Source: a virus (taxonomy: Duplodnaviria > Caudoviricetes). Taken from it: a stretch of 64,000 nucleotides of DNA. Below are positions 19,254 through 27,309 of the stretch, one piece after another. Made by a program: the position numbers and the translations under genes. Location: positions 176,762 through 240,761 of the IMG/VR virus record IMGVR_UViG_2706796186_000001; one strand, written 5' to 3'. Position 1 is the stretch's first letter. Every line of letters starts with the position of its first letter. The notes under the pieces were generated by a model. That model saw only the letters and a program-made list of their open reading frames with translations, made no database searches and had not been told where the DNA came from.

Positions 19254-20308
19254 TGAAACAGTATTTGGAATTGATGCACACCGTGTTGAACGAAGGTCAC
19301 GAGAAAGCTGACCGTACCGGCACGGGCACCATCTCTATTTTCGGGTATCAGATGCGTTTTGACCTGCGCAAAGGGTTCCCGCTGGTCACCACCAAAAAGT
19401 TGCACCTGCGATCTATCATCCACGAACTGTTGTGGTTCCTGAACGGCGACACCAACATCCAGTATCTGAAAGACAACAACGTCAGTATCTGGGATGAGTG
19501 GGCAGATGAAGATGGCGATCTTGGCCCCGTCTACGGTAAGCAGTGGCGTGCATGGGTTGCTGACAAAATGGTGTCTATTGATGACATGAACCTACGCCAG
19601 CATTTGGAAGACGAAGGGTATATCGAGCGTGACATGATGTCTATCGAAGGGGAGCATTATTTCCTTTACAGCAAAACCATCGATCAGATTCAGACTATCA
19701 TCGACCAACTGCGTAACGATCCTGACAGCCGTCGCATCATCGTCAGTGCGTGGAATGTGGGTGAACTTGACCAGATGGCGTTAGCGCCCTGCCATTCGTT
19801 TTTCCAGTTCTACTCTCGCCCGATGATGGGCAAAGAGCTGGATGCGTATTTGGCGGAGTACCTTAAAACCGATGCGCAGTTAGCCGAAAAACACGCCGAG
19901 CAAGTTGCCCTTTGTGAGGCTGACCCGGAAGGGGATCACGTTAGCACGCACATGTTCTGCCTGACCAACGATATACCGACGCGTGTACTGTCCTGTCAGC
20001 TTTACCAGCGCAGTGCAGACGTCTTCCTCGGTGTCCCGTTCAACATCGCTTCGTACGCTCTGTTGGTTCACATGGTGGCACAGCAGGTCAATATGGTGGC
20101 GGGTGATTTCGTCTGGACGGGCGGCGATACCCATCTGTACTCTAACCATCTGGAACAGGCCACGTTGCAGCTCTCCCGTGTACCGCATGATCTGCCTAAG
20201 CTCGTTATCAAACGTAAACCGGATTCCATTTTCGACTATAAGTTCGAAGATTTTGAAATCGTGGGTTACGAAAGCCACCCACCCATTAAGGCACCGGTTG
20301 CCATCTAA
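19253..20308 (+). CDS. thyA: Thymidylate synthase
   Basis: [51 protein letters not shown]; C-terminus IKAPVAI. Confidence 0.98.
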   Translation: MKQYLELMHTVLNEGHEKADRTGTGTISIFGYQMRFDLRKGFPLVTTKKLHLRSIIHELLWFLNGDTNIQYLKDNNVSIWDEWADEDGDLGPVYGKQWRAWVADKMVSIDDMNLRQHLEDEGYIERDMMSIEGEHYFLYSKTIDQIQTIIDQLRNDPDSRRIIVSAWNVGELDQMALAPCHSFFQFYSRPMMGKELDAYLAEYLKTDAQLAEKHAEQVALCEADPEGDHVSTHMFCLTNDIPTRVLSCQLYQRSADVFLGVPFNIASYALLVHMVAQQVNMVAGDFVWTGGDTHLYSNHLEQATLQLSRVPHDLPKLVIKRKPDSIFDYKFEDFEIVGYESHPPIKAPVAI

Positions 20309-20317
20309 GGAACACGT

Positions 20318-20818
20318 ATGTCCGACAACGTACTGAAGTTTCCAGGTAAACCTAATGCACATCCAGTCGTTGTCGCGCCCCGCGAGCATCGCGCACACTT
20401 TCCTATCCACACTCGTGATGGGAAGGTGGACGCGTTTACAGTACCGGCGTGTGATATGTATTGGTGGGCGGCGATTTACGAACAGGTGGCGGCCACCAAC
20501 CCGTATTTCGAAAACGTCTTTTACTTTTACTCCGAACCTTACGGCTGGCAGAATCAATCCTTTACGAAACGTAAAGTGTCGTGTGAATTGACGATTGACC
20601 GCCGAACCCTGATAGAGATATTGAAAGCGGTGTCCTATACGCACATTCTGTCTCTTGACGGTTACCTGAACGATAACGATTACGAGATAGTCCATGACAA
20701 TGCCATCATGGTGTTGGCTGACGATTTAGAAATCGATTATGCGATGGGGATCTTCATGTCCCCGACAACGAACCCCGACCGGTTCATCATTAATTTCGTG
20801 GAATGCCATAATGACTGA
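20318..20818 (+). CDS. Hypothetical protein
   Basis: SD AAGGA; 166 aa. Confidence 0.7.
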   Translation: MSDNVLKFPGKPNAHPVVVAPREHRAHFPIHTRDGKVDAFTVPACDMYWWAAIYEQVAATNPYFENVFYFYSEPYGWQNQSFTKRKVSCELTIDRRTLIEILKAVSYTHILSLDGYLNDNDYEIVHDNAIMVLADDLEIDYAMGIFMSPTTNPDRFIINFVECHND

Positions 20819-21686
20819 CAAACTCAATAACCTGTATTTCTTCTCTGACCGTTTCTACACCATGCCGGGTGACAACTACTCCTTCGGTATTGTTGCTGCG
20901 AAAGACACGGCCGAAGCCAAACTGATGCTGGGCACCGAACTGGTTGATGGCCTGCCGCTGGCCACCACGAACGCAACCGGCCAGATTCTGTGTGCGGAAG
21001 AAATCCGTCACATCGAACCGCGTGCCGACAGCGTAGCGAAAACCGTGGTTGCTGACCTGTGGAAACTGAATGACGGCGTGGATGTTTCCGAGCGTGTGAA
21101 ATACCTGCGCGAAACCATTTCGAAAATGCAGGGTATTGACTGTAGCGTACTGGAAGTGGACTTCACCCGTTGTCTGCGTATTCCGGGCGGCTGTACCAGC
21201 ACCGGCAGTGACCTGTGGCGCATCATGGTGAAACACCCAGACTTCCCGAACACCGTACCGATCATGCTGTCTGCGCAGGGCGACGGTTCAATCACCGGTA
21301 ACGATGATGTGAACTTCACCAAACTCGGTGAAACCGAAGAGTACACCTACCACGAAAATGTGGATCGTGTGCTGACGCCTGAATGGCTCCTGCTGGACTT
21401 GTTGGAACAGCACGGCCTGACCCCAGAAGACTGGTACGTGATTGCCGGTACGGCGCGTGCAGCAGCCTATAGCGCTGCCCCGGTAGACGGCTGGGAAGAA
21501 GTGAACGAAGTGTATGGTCAGAATGAAAGTGCGCACGTTATCCGCTTCTGGCTGAACCCAGACTGGCAGAACCTGATTGTGGCGGCTGTGGCGAAAGTGG
21601 TTGAGTCCATGCCAAAAGAGCCGCTGCCAGAAAACCTCGCCGACGAACTGGCGGGTTCCGAATCTGCGGACGAAGCCGCAGAGTAA
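20811..21686 (+). CDS. Hypothetical acidic protein
   Basis: ATG 20811; codon usage typical of a well-expressed gene. Confidence 0.7.
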   Translation: MTDKLNNLYFFSDRFYTMPGDNYSFGIVAAKDTAEAKLMLGTELVDGLPLATTNATGQILCAEEIRHIEPRADSVAKTVVADLWKLNDGVDVSERVKYLRETISKMQGIDCSVLEVDFTRCLRIPGGCTSTGSDLWRIMVKHPDFPNTVPIMLSAQGDGSITGNDDVNFTKLGETEEYTYHENVDRVLTPEWLLLDLLEQHGLTPEDWYVIAGTARAAAYSAAPVDGWEEVNEVYGQNESAHVIRFWLNPDWQNLIVAAVAKVVESMPKEPLPENLADELAGSESADEAAE

Positions 21687-21708
21687 CTTAACTGAAAAGG
21701 TGAATAAA

Positions 21709-22161
21709 GTGTCTACGACTCTAATCAATTACGATTTAGTAGTGCAAGAACTTTCCAAGGGGTTGGTTGCCCTCGACAGCGAAACGGCGTTGCGTTGCAA
21801 TATGCTTCCCCATATCGCGCTCAGTGAGTTCCGCACCATTCGTTATGGTGCCGGACGCCAGAACGGGGTAACCGAACATGCTTCAAAATTAGCTGCGGAG
21901 CATAATGGCCCAGCACTGGTTCTTACGCATGCGGTGTCGTTACGGGACGATTTCATGTTTCGTGTCGAAGGTAACTTTCCGGGTAAGGGCAACATCACTT
22001 CGTTATGTGGGTACTTCCCCGACAATTGGCGAGTTGAGAAGTTCAGTCTCGTTATTGTTGATGAAGCCGGTTTCTTCTTTAAGAAATTTGGCTACGATAA
22101 AATCTATCGCAGTCTGGCAACACAAACGACTGACGATGTTGTGATTCACCTGATTAACTGA
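21709..22161 (+). CDS. Small P-loop NTPase-like protein (degenerate Walker A)
   Basis: GAGRQNGVT (Lys replaced by Val) and LVIVDEA Walker B; GTG start after AAGGTG. Confidence 0.5.
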   Translation: MSTTLINYDLVVQELSKGLVALDSETALRCNMLPHIALSEFRTIRYGAGRQNGVTEHASKLAAEHNGPALVLTHAVSLRDDFMFRVEGNFPGKGNITSLCGYFPDNWRVEKFSLVIVDEAGFFFKKFGYDKIYRSLATQTTDDVVIHLIN

Positions 22162-22169
22162 GGTTTGTA

Positions 22170-22334
22170 ATGTCCCAAGTAGAAAAAGAAGTCATCGCAC
22201 AAGCAGATACCACCACACTGGACGATTTGTTCGGGGGTGATATTCCGGGCGTGGATGAGAATGCAGTAGTTGAAGGTGGTGTTGATGCGGCCGCTGAAGA
22301 CGACAACTGTGCAGGCGGTGCCTGCAAAATTTAA
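22170..22334 (+). CDS. 54-aa acidic micro-protein ending in an NrdA-like C-terminal dithiol tail (CAGGACKI)
   Basis: Manual translation MSQVEKEVIAQADTTTLDDLFGGDIPGVDENAVVEGGVDAAAEDDNCAGGACKI*. SD GAGGT upstream and a hairpin downstream. Below the 60-aa cutoff of the ORF track. Confidence 0.8.
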   Translation: MSQVEKEVIAQADTTTLDDLFGGDIPGVDENAVVEGGVDAAAEDDNCAGGACKI

Positions 22335-22341
22335 CAAGAGC

Positions 22342-22375
22342 GGGTGTCCTTATGGACACCCCTATTTCATTTTTT
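22342..22375 (+). terminator. Probable terminator
   Basis: GGGTGTCC-TTAT-GGACACCC followed by CTATTTCATTTTTT. Confidence 0.7.
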
Positions 22376-22389
22376 AAGGACTATCAGAA

Positions 22390-23223
22390 ATGCAACAGAC
22401 TTTTGAGTTACCGATTGAACACAAAGCCATCATCCTGAATAGCGCTATCTTAGATTTCGTCATGCCTCAGTTGGCGGCTGCCGGTAAACGGATGTCTCGC
22501 ATTACGCGTCTGGCACTCAGCAGTGAAGGCCCACAGACGCTGGTTAACGGTTTTACCTTTGAAGGTGAACCGGCAGAATTCCACGCGATGTTGCGTTATC
22601 ACACCGCGCTCGACTTCCACAAAGAGCCGGTCTACCATAACCGCATCGTCCCGCTGTACCGTGTGTCACAATGTGTGGCCAAAGTCATTGGCTGGTCAAC
22701 TGACCGCGGTATTCTGGAAAACGGCCGTTGGGACTCACAGGGTACCAAGCTGTATGAAGAAGACGGTGAAGCCGCAACTGGCGTGGGTAAAAACAAAAAG
22801 CGTCTGATCATCGACGGTATCGGTGATGCGCTGGTTGTACTGGTCAACGTACTGGAACTGACCAGCATCGATGCGGCAGAAATTGCGCACATCTATCAGC
22901 TGGTTCGTGACACCAAAACGGTGGTGGATAACCCACACTACCATTTCCACAAGATGCGTAAGAACCTGACCGAAGTGGTCGATGTGGTTTACGAATGCGA
23001 AGCCATCGATTCGCCGAAGAAAGTGGAAATCGGTCGCTTAACGCACGACGAGCGTCAGCAGATGTTGGGCCATGCGCAGCAGGCAATCCATCATGCCAAC
23101 CAACTGGCACGCCGTTACGATTACTCGCTGGATGAGTGCTTCTCTCTGGCGTGGGATGAAATCAAAGACCGTAAAGGTTTCCTGAACGCTGACGGTGTGT
23201 TCATCAAAGAAGCCGACGCTTAA
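22390..23223 (+). CDS. MazG-like nucleotide pyrophosphohydrolase
   Basis: W..DRGIL, KLYEEDGE, DGIGDALVVL, ECFSLAWDEIKDRKG...GVFIKE, typical of phage MazG-like proteins. Confidence 0.8.
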   Translation: MQQTFELPIEHKAIILNSAILDFVMPQLAAAGKRMSRITRLALSSEGPQTLVNGFTFEGEPAEFHAMLRYHTALDFHKEPVYHNRIVPLYRVSQCVAKVIGWSTDRGILENGRWDSQGTKLYEEDGEAATGVGKNKKRLIIDGIGDALVVLVNVLELTSIDAAEIAHIYQLVRDTKTVVDNPHYHFHKMRKNLTEVVDVVYECEAIDSPKKVEIGRLTHDERQQMLGHAQQAIHHANQLARRYDYSLDECFSLAWDEIKDRKGFLNADGVFIKEADA

Positions 23224-23255
23224 TTCACGTCCACTAACAATGCAGGAGTAGGACA

Positions 23256-24110
23256 ATGGAATACCAATTATTTCTCATCACGAACGACTTTACCAAATCC
23301 TTTGTGGACGAGTCGTTTCATGCCACGGTAGTTGCGCCGACAGAGGCCGCTGCTCGTTGGATTGTTGCCCAGCAATGTACTGACCTTCCGATGAATGAAG
23401 TGCAGGCTGCGGTAGCTTTTGCAGTGGGTAAGATTGACGCCCCTGCCGAGGGAATAATTTCTTTTGAGTTCGGGAAACGTAATCGGTTCCCGCTTGTTAA
23501 CCTCGACGCCTACAAGCGCCGTGAAGAGTTCGTTGAAGTTGAGCTGCATGGCGGAATACAACCGACACACGATATTCATCCGCCGGTGCCGGGTGCGGTG
23601 GTCAAATGTTTCGCGAGCAAAGAGCATCCGCGAATCGTGTTGATCCGCAGCACACTCAAAACCAGCACGCCGACCCTCATTGAAGAAGTGGGTGTGACGA
23701 ACGAAGCCACATCGGTTCAGCTTTACACTGTTCATTCGCCGTCGGCGTATGCCGAGGTGGCAAAAGGTGAAGTCTTCACCACTGAGTACATCAATCTGTT
23801 TGGTTGTGAAGATGTCCTGCTGTTCCGCACGCTCATCATTCGCAACACCGAGCTGGCTTATCAGGACAAACGCACGGAAGGGTTATTGCAGGAACTGCAA
23901 TCGTTCTTCACCGAAGGGGGCGATCGTAACAGCATGGAAGTGGGCATCAGCTACTATCCGGGCCAGAAGTTGACCATTGCTGATCCCACCAAGGTGGTGC
24001 TGTGGGTCATGTCGTTACCGCAGGTCATCACCCTCGACCGGACGATTACGGAAGAGAGCCTCAAGCCGATTGCAGGCACTAACTGCCACACCCTGAACGC
24101 GGGAGAGTAA
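23256..24110 (+). CDS. Hypothetical protein
   Basis: SD AGGAG; 284 aa. Confidence 0.7.
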   Translation: MEYQLFLITNDFTKSFVDESFHATVVAPTEAAARWIVAQQCTDLPMNEVQAAVAFAVGKIDAPAEGIISFEFGKRNRFPLVNLDAYKRREEFVEVELHGGIQPTHDIHPPVPGAVVKCFASKEHPRIVLIRSTLKTSTPTLIEEVGVTNEATSVQLYTVHSPSAYAEVAKGEVFTTEYINLFGCEDVLLFRTLIIRNTELAYQDKRTEGLLQELQSFFTEGGDRNSMEVGISYYPGQKLTIADPTKVVLWVMSLPQVITLDRTITEESLKPIAGTNCHTLNAGE

Positions 24111-24111
24111 T

Positions 24112-24612
24112 ATGTTTGATGTGGACGTCGTCCCCCAAGGGGACGAGTTCGCAGTACAGATAAACGGCGTCACCATCTGTGTCTGCGACGAACAACGGGC
24201 TAACTTCTGGCGTTGCTGTACGGGAGCAGATAAAGTCTTCGTCAGCTGTGACGTCGGTGTGTCGTTTGGTGAAGAACCACTGCGGTTGTGTAAGTTCCGT
24301 ATCACTGAAACGGAAATGCGCACGTTCCTCGGACAGGTAGTCTACACCTACGACCATCTCGACCATGAGAACCGTGTGGGTTGGGTAGAAATTGACCCGA
24401 CCATCATGCGGACGTTACGTCAGGACGCTGAGGAGATTGTTGAGTCACAAAGCATGTGGCTTGATGAGGATGACGTGTACCCGAAAGGGGTACCGTTTAT
24501 CCTTATCCATCCCGAACGCAACAGCCGTACTGGGGAAGCCTTTATTGAGCTGATGTTTATCGAAATGCCGGAGAACGATGATGTCGAAGAAAAAGAACCA
24601 GCTGACTTTTAA
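24112..24612 (+). CDS. Hypothetical protein
   Basis: 166 aa, packed in the operon. Confidence 0.7.
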   Translation: MFDVDVVPQGDEFAVQINGVTICVCDEQRANFWRCCTGADKVFVSCDVGVSFGEEPLRLCKFRITETEMRTFLGQVVYTYDHLDHENRVGWVEIDPTIMRTLRQDAEEIVESQSMWLDEDDVYPKGVPFILIHPERNSRTGEAFIELMFIEMPENDDVEEKEPADF

Positions 24613-25024
24613 TGCTGATAGTCAGACCATCAGCGTAAACGGAAAGAACTGGGGTAACCTCGGATTGGCAGCATGGGTGCTGGAACGTCTGGCGAACCGC
24701 TCTACCCGTTTCGGGGGTCTCGACTTTGTCATCATCGACGAACCGCTCAAGTACGAACCGTGGCAGAATTTTCATGCCGTCGAAATGTACAGTGCGATTC
24801 CGAACATGGTAATCTCAAAGGTGCTGGCAGAACAGAACTACCGTGGTGGTTTTACCAACCCGCATTGGGCACTGACCTCGAGTCAGAAGTACGGCATTGA
24901 AGTGCCGTTGCTGAACAAAGTCCCACCGGACATTGGTGAAGATGCATTGGTGTTCTTCTTCTCCTACGACCACGCTGAACCAAACAGCGAGTTCCAGTGG
25001 ACGATGCTGCATCAGATGCGTTAA
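24578..25024 (+). CDS. Hypothetical protein
   Basis: SD GGAG; 148 aa, ending at a terminator. Confidence 0.65.
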   Translation: MMSKKKNQLTFNADSQTISVNGKNWGNLGLAAWVLERLANRSTRFGGLDFVIIDEPLKYEPWQNFHAVEMYSAIPNMVISKVLAEQNYRGGFTNPHWALTSSQKYGIEVPLLNKVPPDIGEDALVFFFSYDHAEPNSEFQWTMLHQMR

Positions 25025-25072
25025 ATAAAAAGACTACCTACTCCCGAAGGAGTAGGTAGCTTTATTTTTTTT
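25023..25072. terminator. Bidirectional terminator (conserved family)
   Basis: AAATAAAAAGA-CTACCTACTCC-CGAA-GGAGTAGGTAG-CTTTATTTTTTTT. Confidence 0.9.
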
Positions 25073-25074
25073 GC

Positions 25075-27264
25075 TTACAGGTCACCACGCGCCGTACCGG
25101 TGAACGCCGTGAAGACGTTGGCCACCATACGGGCAGGAGGGAGGTCGAAGAACTTGTTCATAATCGCACCCTGCGAGAAGGCAGATTTCCATGACTGGAA
25201 CTGCACGTTCGCATTCTGCGTGGCTTTCGCCCAACCACTGGTACGTTGGTGTAAGGTTGCGGAACCCAGCACCGCCATGAAGTCGGAGAACTTGTTATCG
25301 TCATCCCACACGCCGGTATCGGTTACGATAGGCATGTACATGGTGCGTGACATGTCACGGATGGTCACGTTGATGTCACAAGACAGTGGCACACCGTCAG
25401 TACGCCAGCCCAGACCACCGACACCGAAGTTCAGACTCACGTTCGTCACCATGGCGTTACGCATCGAGTAGCGACCTCGAGAGTAGGCTTCCAGATAGAA
25501 CGGGTGTGTGAACGACTGCTTACCGGTGGCTAACGGGCAGACTGCGGCTAACCAGAAGGCCACGGGGAGAATCAGGTCTTGGAAGACGTCTAAGTCCCCA
25601 CCTGACCAACAGCGACACGGAATGGTAAAGGAGATGTCATCACCGGACGTGTCTGACGAATCCCACACTTCTGGGAAGTCAATCACCGACGAGTTATAGA
25701 GTGACATAATCCCGGATAAGTGGAGGAAGTCCAATGCCCCTGCAAAGGCTGACTTCAATCCGGTGATTAACCCATCCACACCGTCAATACCGGTTTTCCC
25801 GCCTGCCAGACTCACTTCCAGCGAACGGGCCTTTTGGGTGGCAGAGTTGACCGTACCGGAAATCTCTGGTTCCTTGGTCGAGTTACTGAACGTGCGGGTC
25901 GTGGTGTCACGTCCGTTAATCTTCCAAGTTACCCACTGTGAACCGTTACTGAGTTCGTCCCCAGCCTGTTGCACAATCCCATCGGTAATCTTCGAGAATT
26001 CCCCGAACATGGTACCGAAGGTACTCTTCTCCCCTTCGCGCATCCAGTTCTCAATTTTACCGGTGTCTTTTGCCAACGCTTCGCCGTTGTCGTCCGCCCC
26101 ATTGTTGTTCGCCATGGTTTGGGCTTGGAGTTGCTGTTGGGCAACGTCTGCCGATTTTAAGAACTGCTGCTCACCACCACCCGCACTGTCAGCGTCTGCA
26201 AACTTCGCGGTCATGTTATCCAACACTTGGTCTTCACTCATGTCCGGGTTCTCAACACCTTTATAACCGGCACTGGTACGTGCAAGTTGTTCAAGGGTTG
26301 ACAGCGAGACTTCAAACGAAGCAGCCTTGTCCAGATACTGGCGACTGTACGTCATGGTCTTGTAGAACGACTGAATCTTCGTGGCCATCTCTGCTTCGGT
26401 TTTGGAGGTGGCTTTGATTTCTTCAATCGTCTTCGCTTGGAAGTTTGCAAGCGTCTGGTAACGGTTAATCATTCGATAGATGTCGAACTCCCCGTTAGAC
26501 TTCCAGATATCCGGCAGGCCCGCGTAGATGTCTTCCTTGTTCGCGGTGAAGTTTTTGTTTTTGTCCTCATCGTTCTTGGCAAGCCCGAATGAGGAGAGTA
26601 TCCCCGTTGGCACCAGACGACGATAAAGCAACTGCGTGTTGACGATGTTCTGCACAGCACGTAAGTACAGGTGCATGGTCGGCTTCACGTAGTAATACTT
26701 CGAAGACTGTTTGTCGAGGACGGCTTTCATGATTCGTGGGGTAATCAGGATAAGCGCGAACGCGACCGTACCCACGGTGGCCCAGATAGCGGCCGCAGCG
26801 GTGTACGAGGCCAGTGAACGAATGACACCCGGATAGTCACCTGTACGGGCGAGATATGCGAGCTTCGAGTCGTACATGTTGGCAAAGAAGGCAGCGACAC
26901 CGAGATAGCGTGGCTTACCAAAACGGCAGTGCAGATAGAAGGCGTTCTGCTCAATGGATTCGTAATAGTACGCACCTAAGCGATACGACCCTTGGGCGGA
27001 GAACGACTCAAACCACCGGCGGTTACTCTGCGGGCCGGGGGCTTCTTTGGGTACCGCTAACGCACCGGTAATCGGTGGGTCAGCAAAGAACGTAAATTGG
27101 GGTGGTGCATTTAACGCGGCGTTACCGCCCACTGTGGTGTCACTGAATGACAGCAGAGCATCGGAGTACGTACGCGTGTTGTAGAAACGGGTATCCCGTG
27201 GCAACTTCATACTGCCAAACAATCCGTTCACCCACGTTGTGTCGTTGAGCGATCGTGTATCCAC
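25075..27264 (-). CDS. Virion tail/baseplate structural protein (phiKZ gp182 / SPN3US gp238-like)
   Basis: 729 aa directly downstream of the giant tail transglycosylase. C-terminal tube-like beta motifs (FPEVWDSS...ISFTI...MVTNVSLNFG...CDINVTIRD). Confidence 0.65.
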   Translation of the reverse strand: MDTRSLNDTTWVNGLFGSMKLPRDTRFYNTRTYSDALLSFSDTTVGGNAALNAPPQFTFFADPPITGALAVPKEAPGPQSNRRWFESFSAQGSYRLGAYYYESIEQNAFYLHCRFGKPRYLGVAAFFANMYDSKLAYLARTGDYPGVIRSLASYTAAAAIWATVGTVAFALILITPRIMKAVLDKQSSKYYYVKPTMHLYLRAVQNIVNTQLLYRRLVPTGILSSFGLAKNDEDKNKNFTANKEDIYAGLPDIWKSNGEFDIYRMINRYQTLANFQAKTIEEIKATSKTEAEMATKIQSFYKTMTYSRQYLDKAASFEVSLSTLEQLARTSAGYKGVENPDMSEDQVLDNMTAKFADADSAGGGEQQFLKSADVAQQQLQAQTMANNNGADDNGEALAKDTGKIENWMREGEKSTFGTMFGEFSKITDGIVQQAGDELSNGSQWVTWKINGRDTTTRTFSNSTKEPEISGTVNSATQKARSLEVSLAGGKTGIDGVDGLITGLKSAFAGALDFLHLSGIMSLYNSSVIDFPEVWDSSDTSGDDISFTIPCRCWSGGDLDVFQDLILPVAFWLAAVCPLATGKQSFTHPFYLEAYSRGRYSMRNAMVTNVSLNFGVGGLGWRTDGVPLSCDINVTIRDMSRTMYMPIVTDTGVWDDDNKFSDFMAVLGSATLHQRTSGWAKATQNANVQFQSWKSAFSQGAIMNKFFDLPPARMVANVFTAFTGTARGDL

Positions 27265-27309
27265 GTTAACCTCACTTATGGAAATGGGGGAGGTTTCCCT
27301 CCCCCGTTG

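Noticed and set aside
19880-20695. 271-aa minus-strand ORF across thyA
   Set aside because: Antisense to a clearly real gene, with no motifs.
27284-27307. GC hairpin between the two minus-strand tail genes (similarly 40557-40579) as terminators
   Set aside because: Neither has a convincing U-tract. They may be processing or stabilising hairpins, so they were not called.
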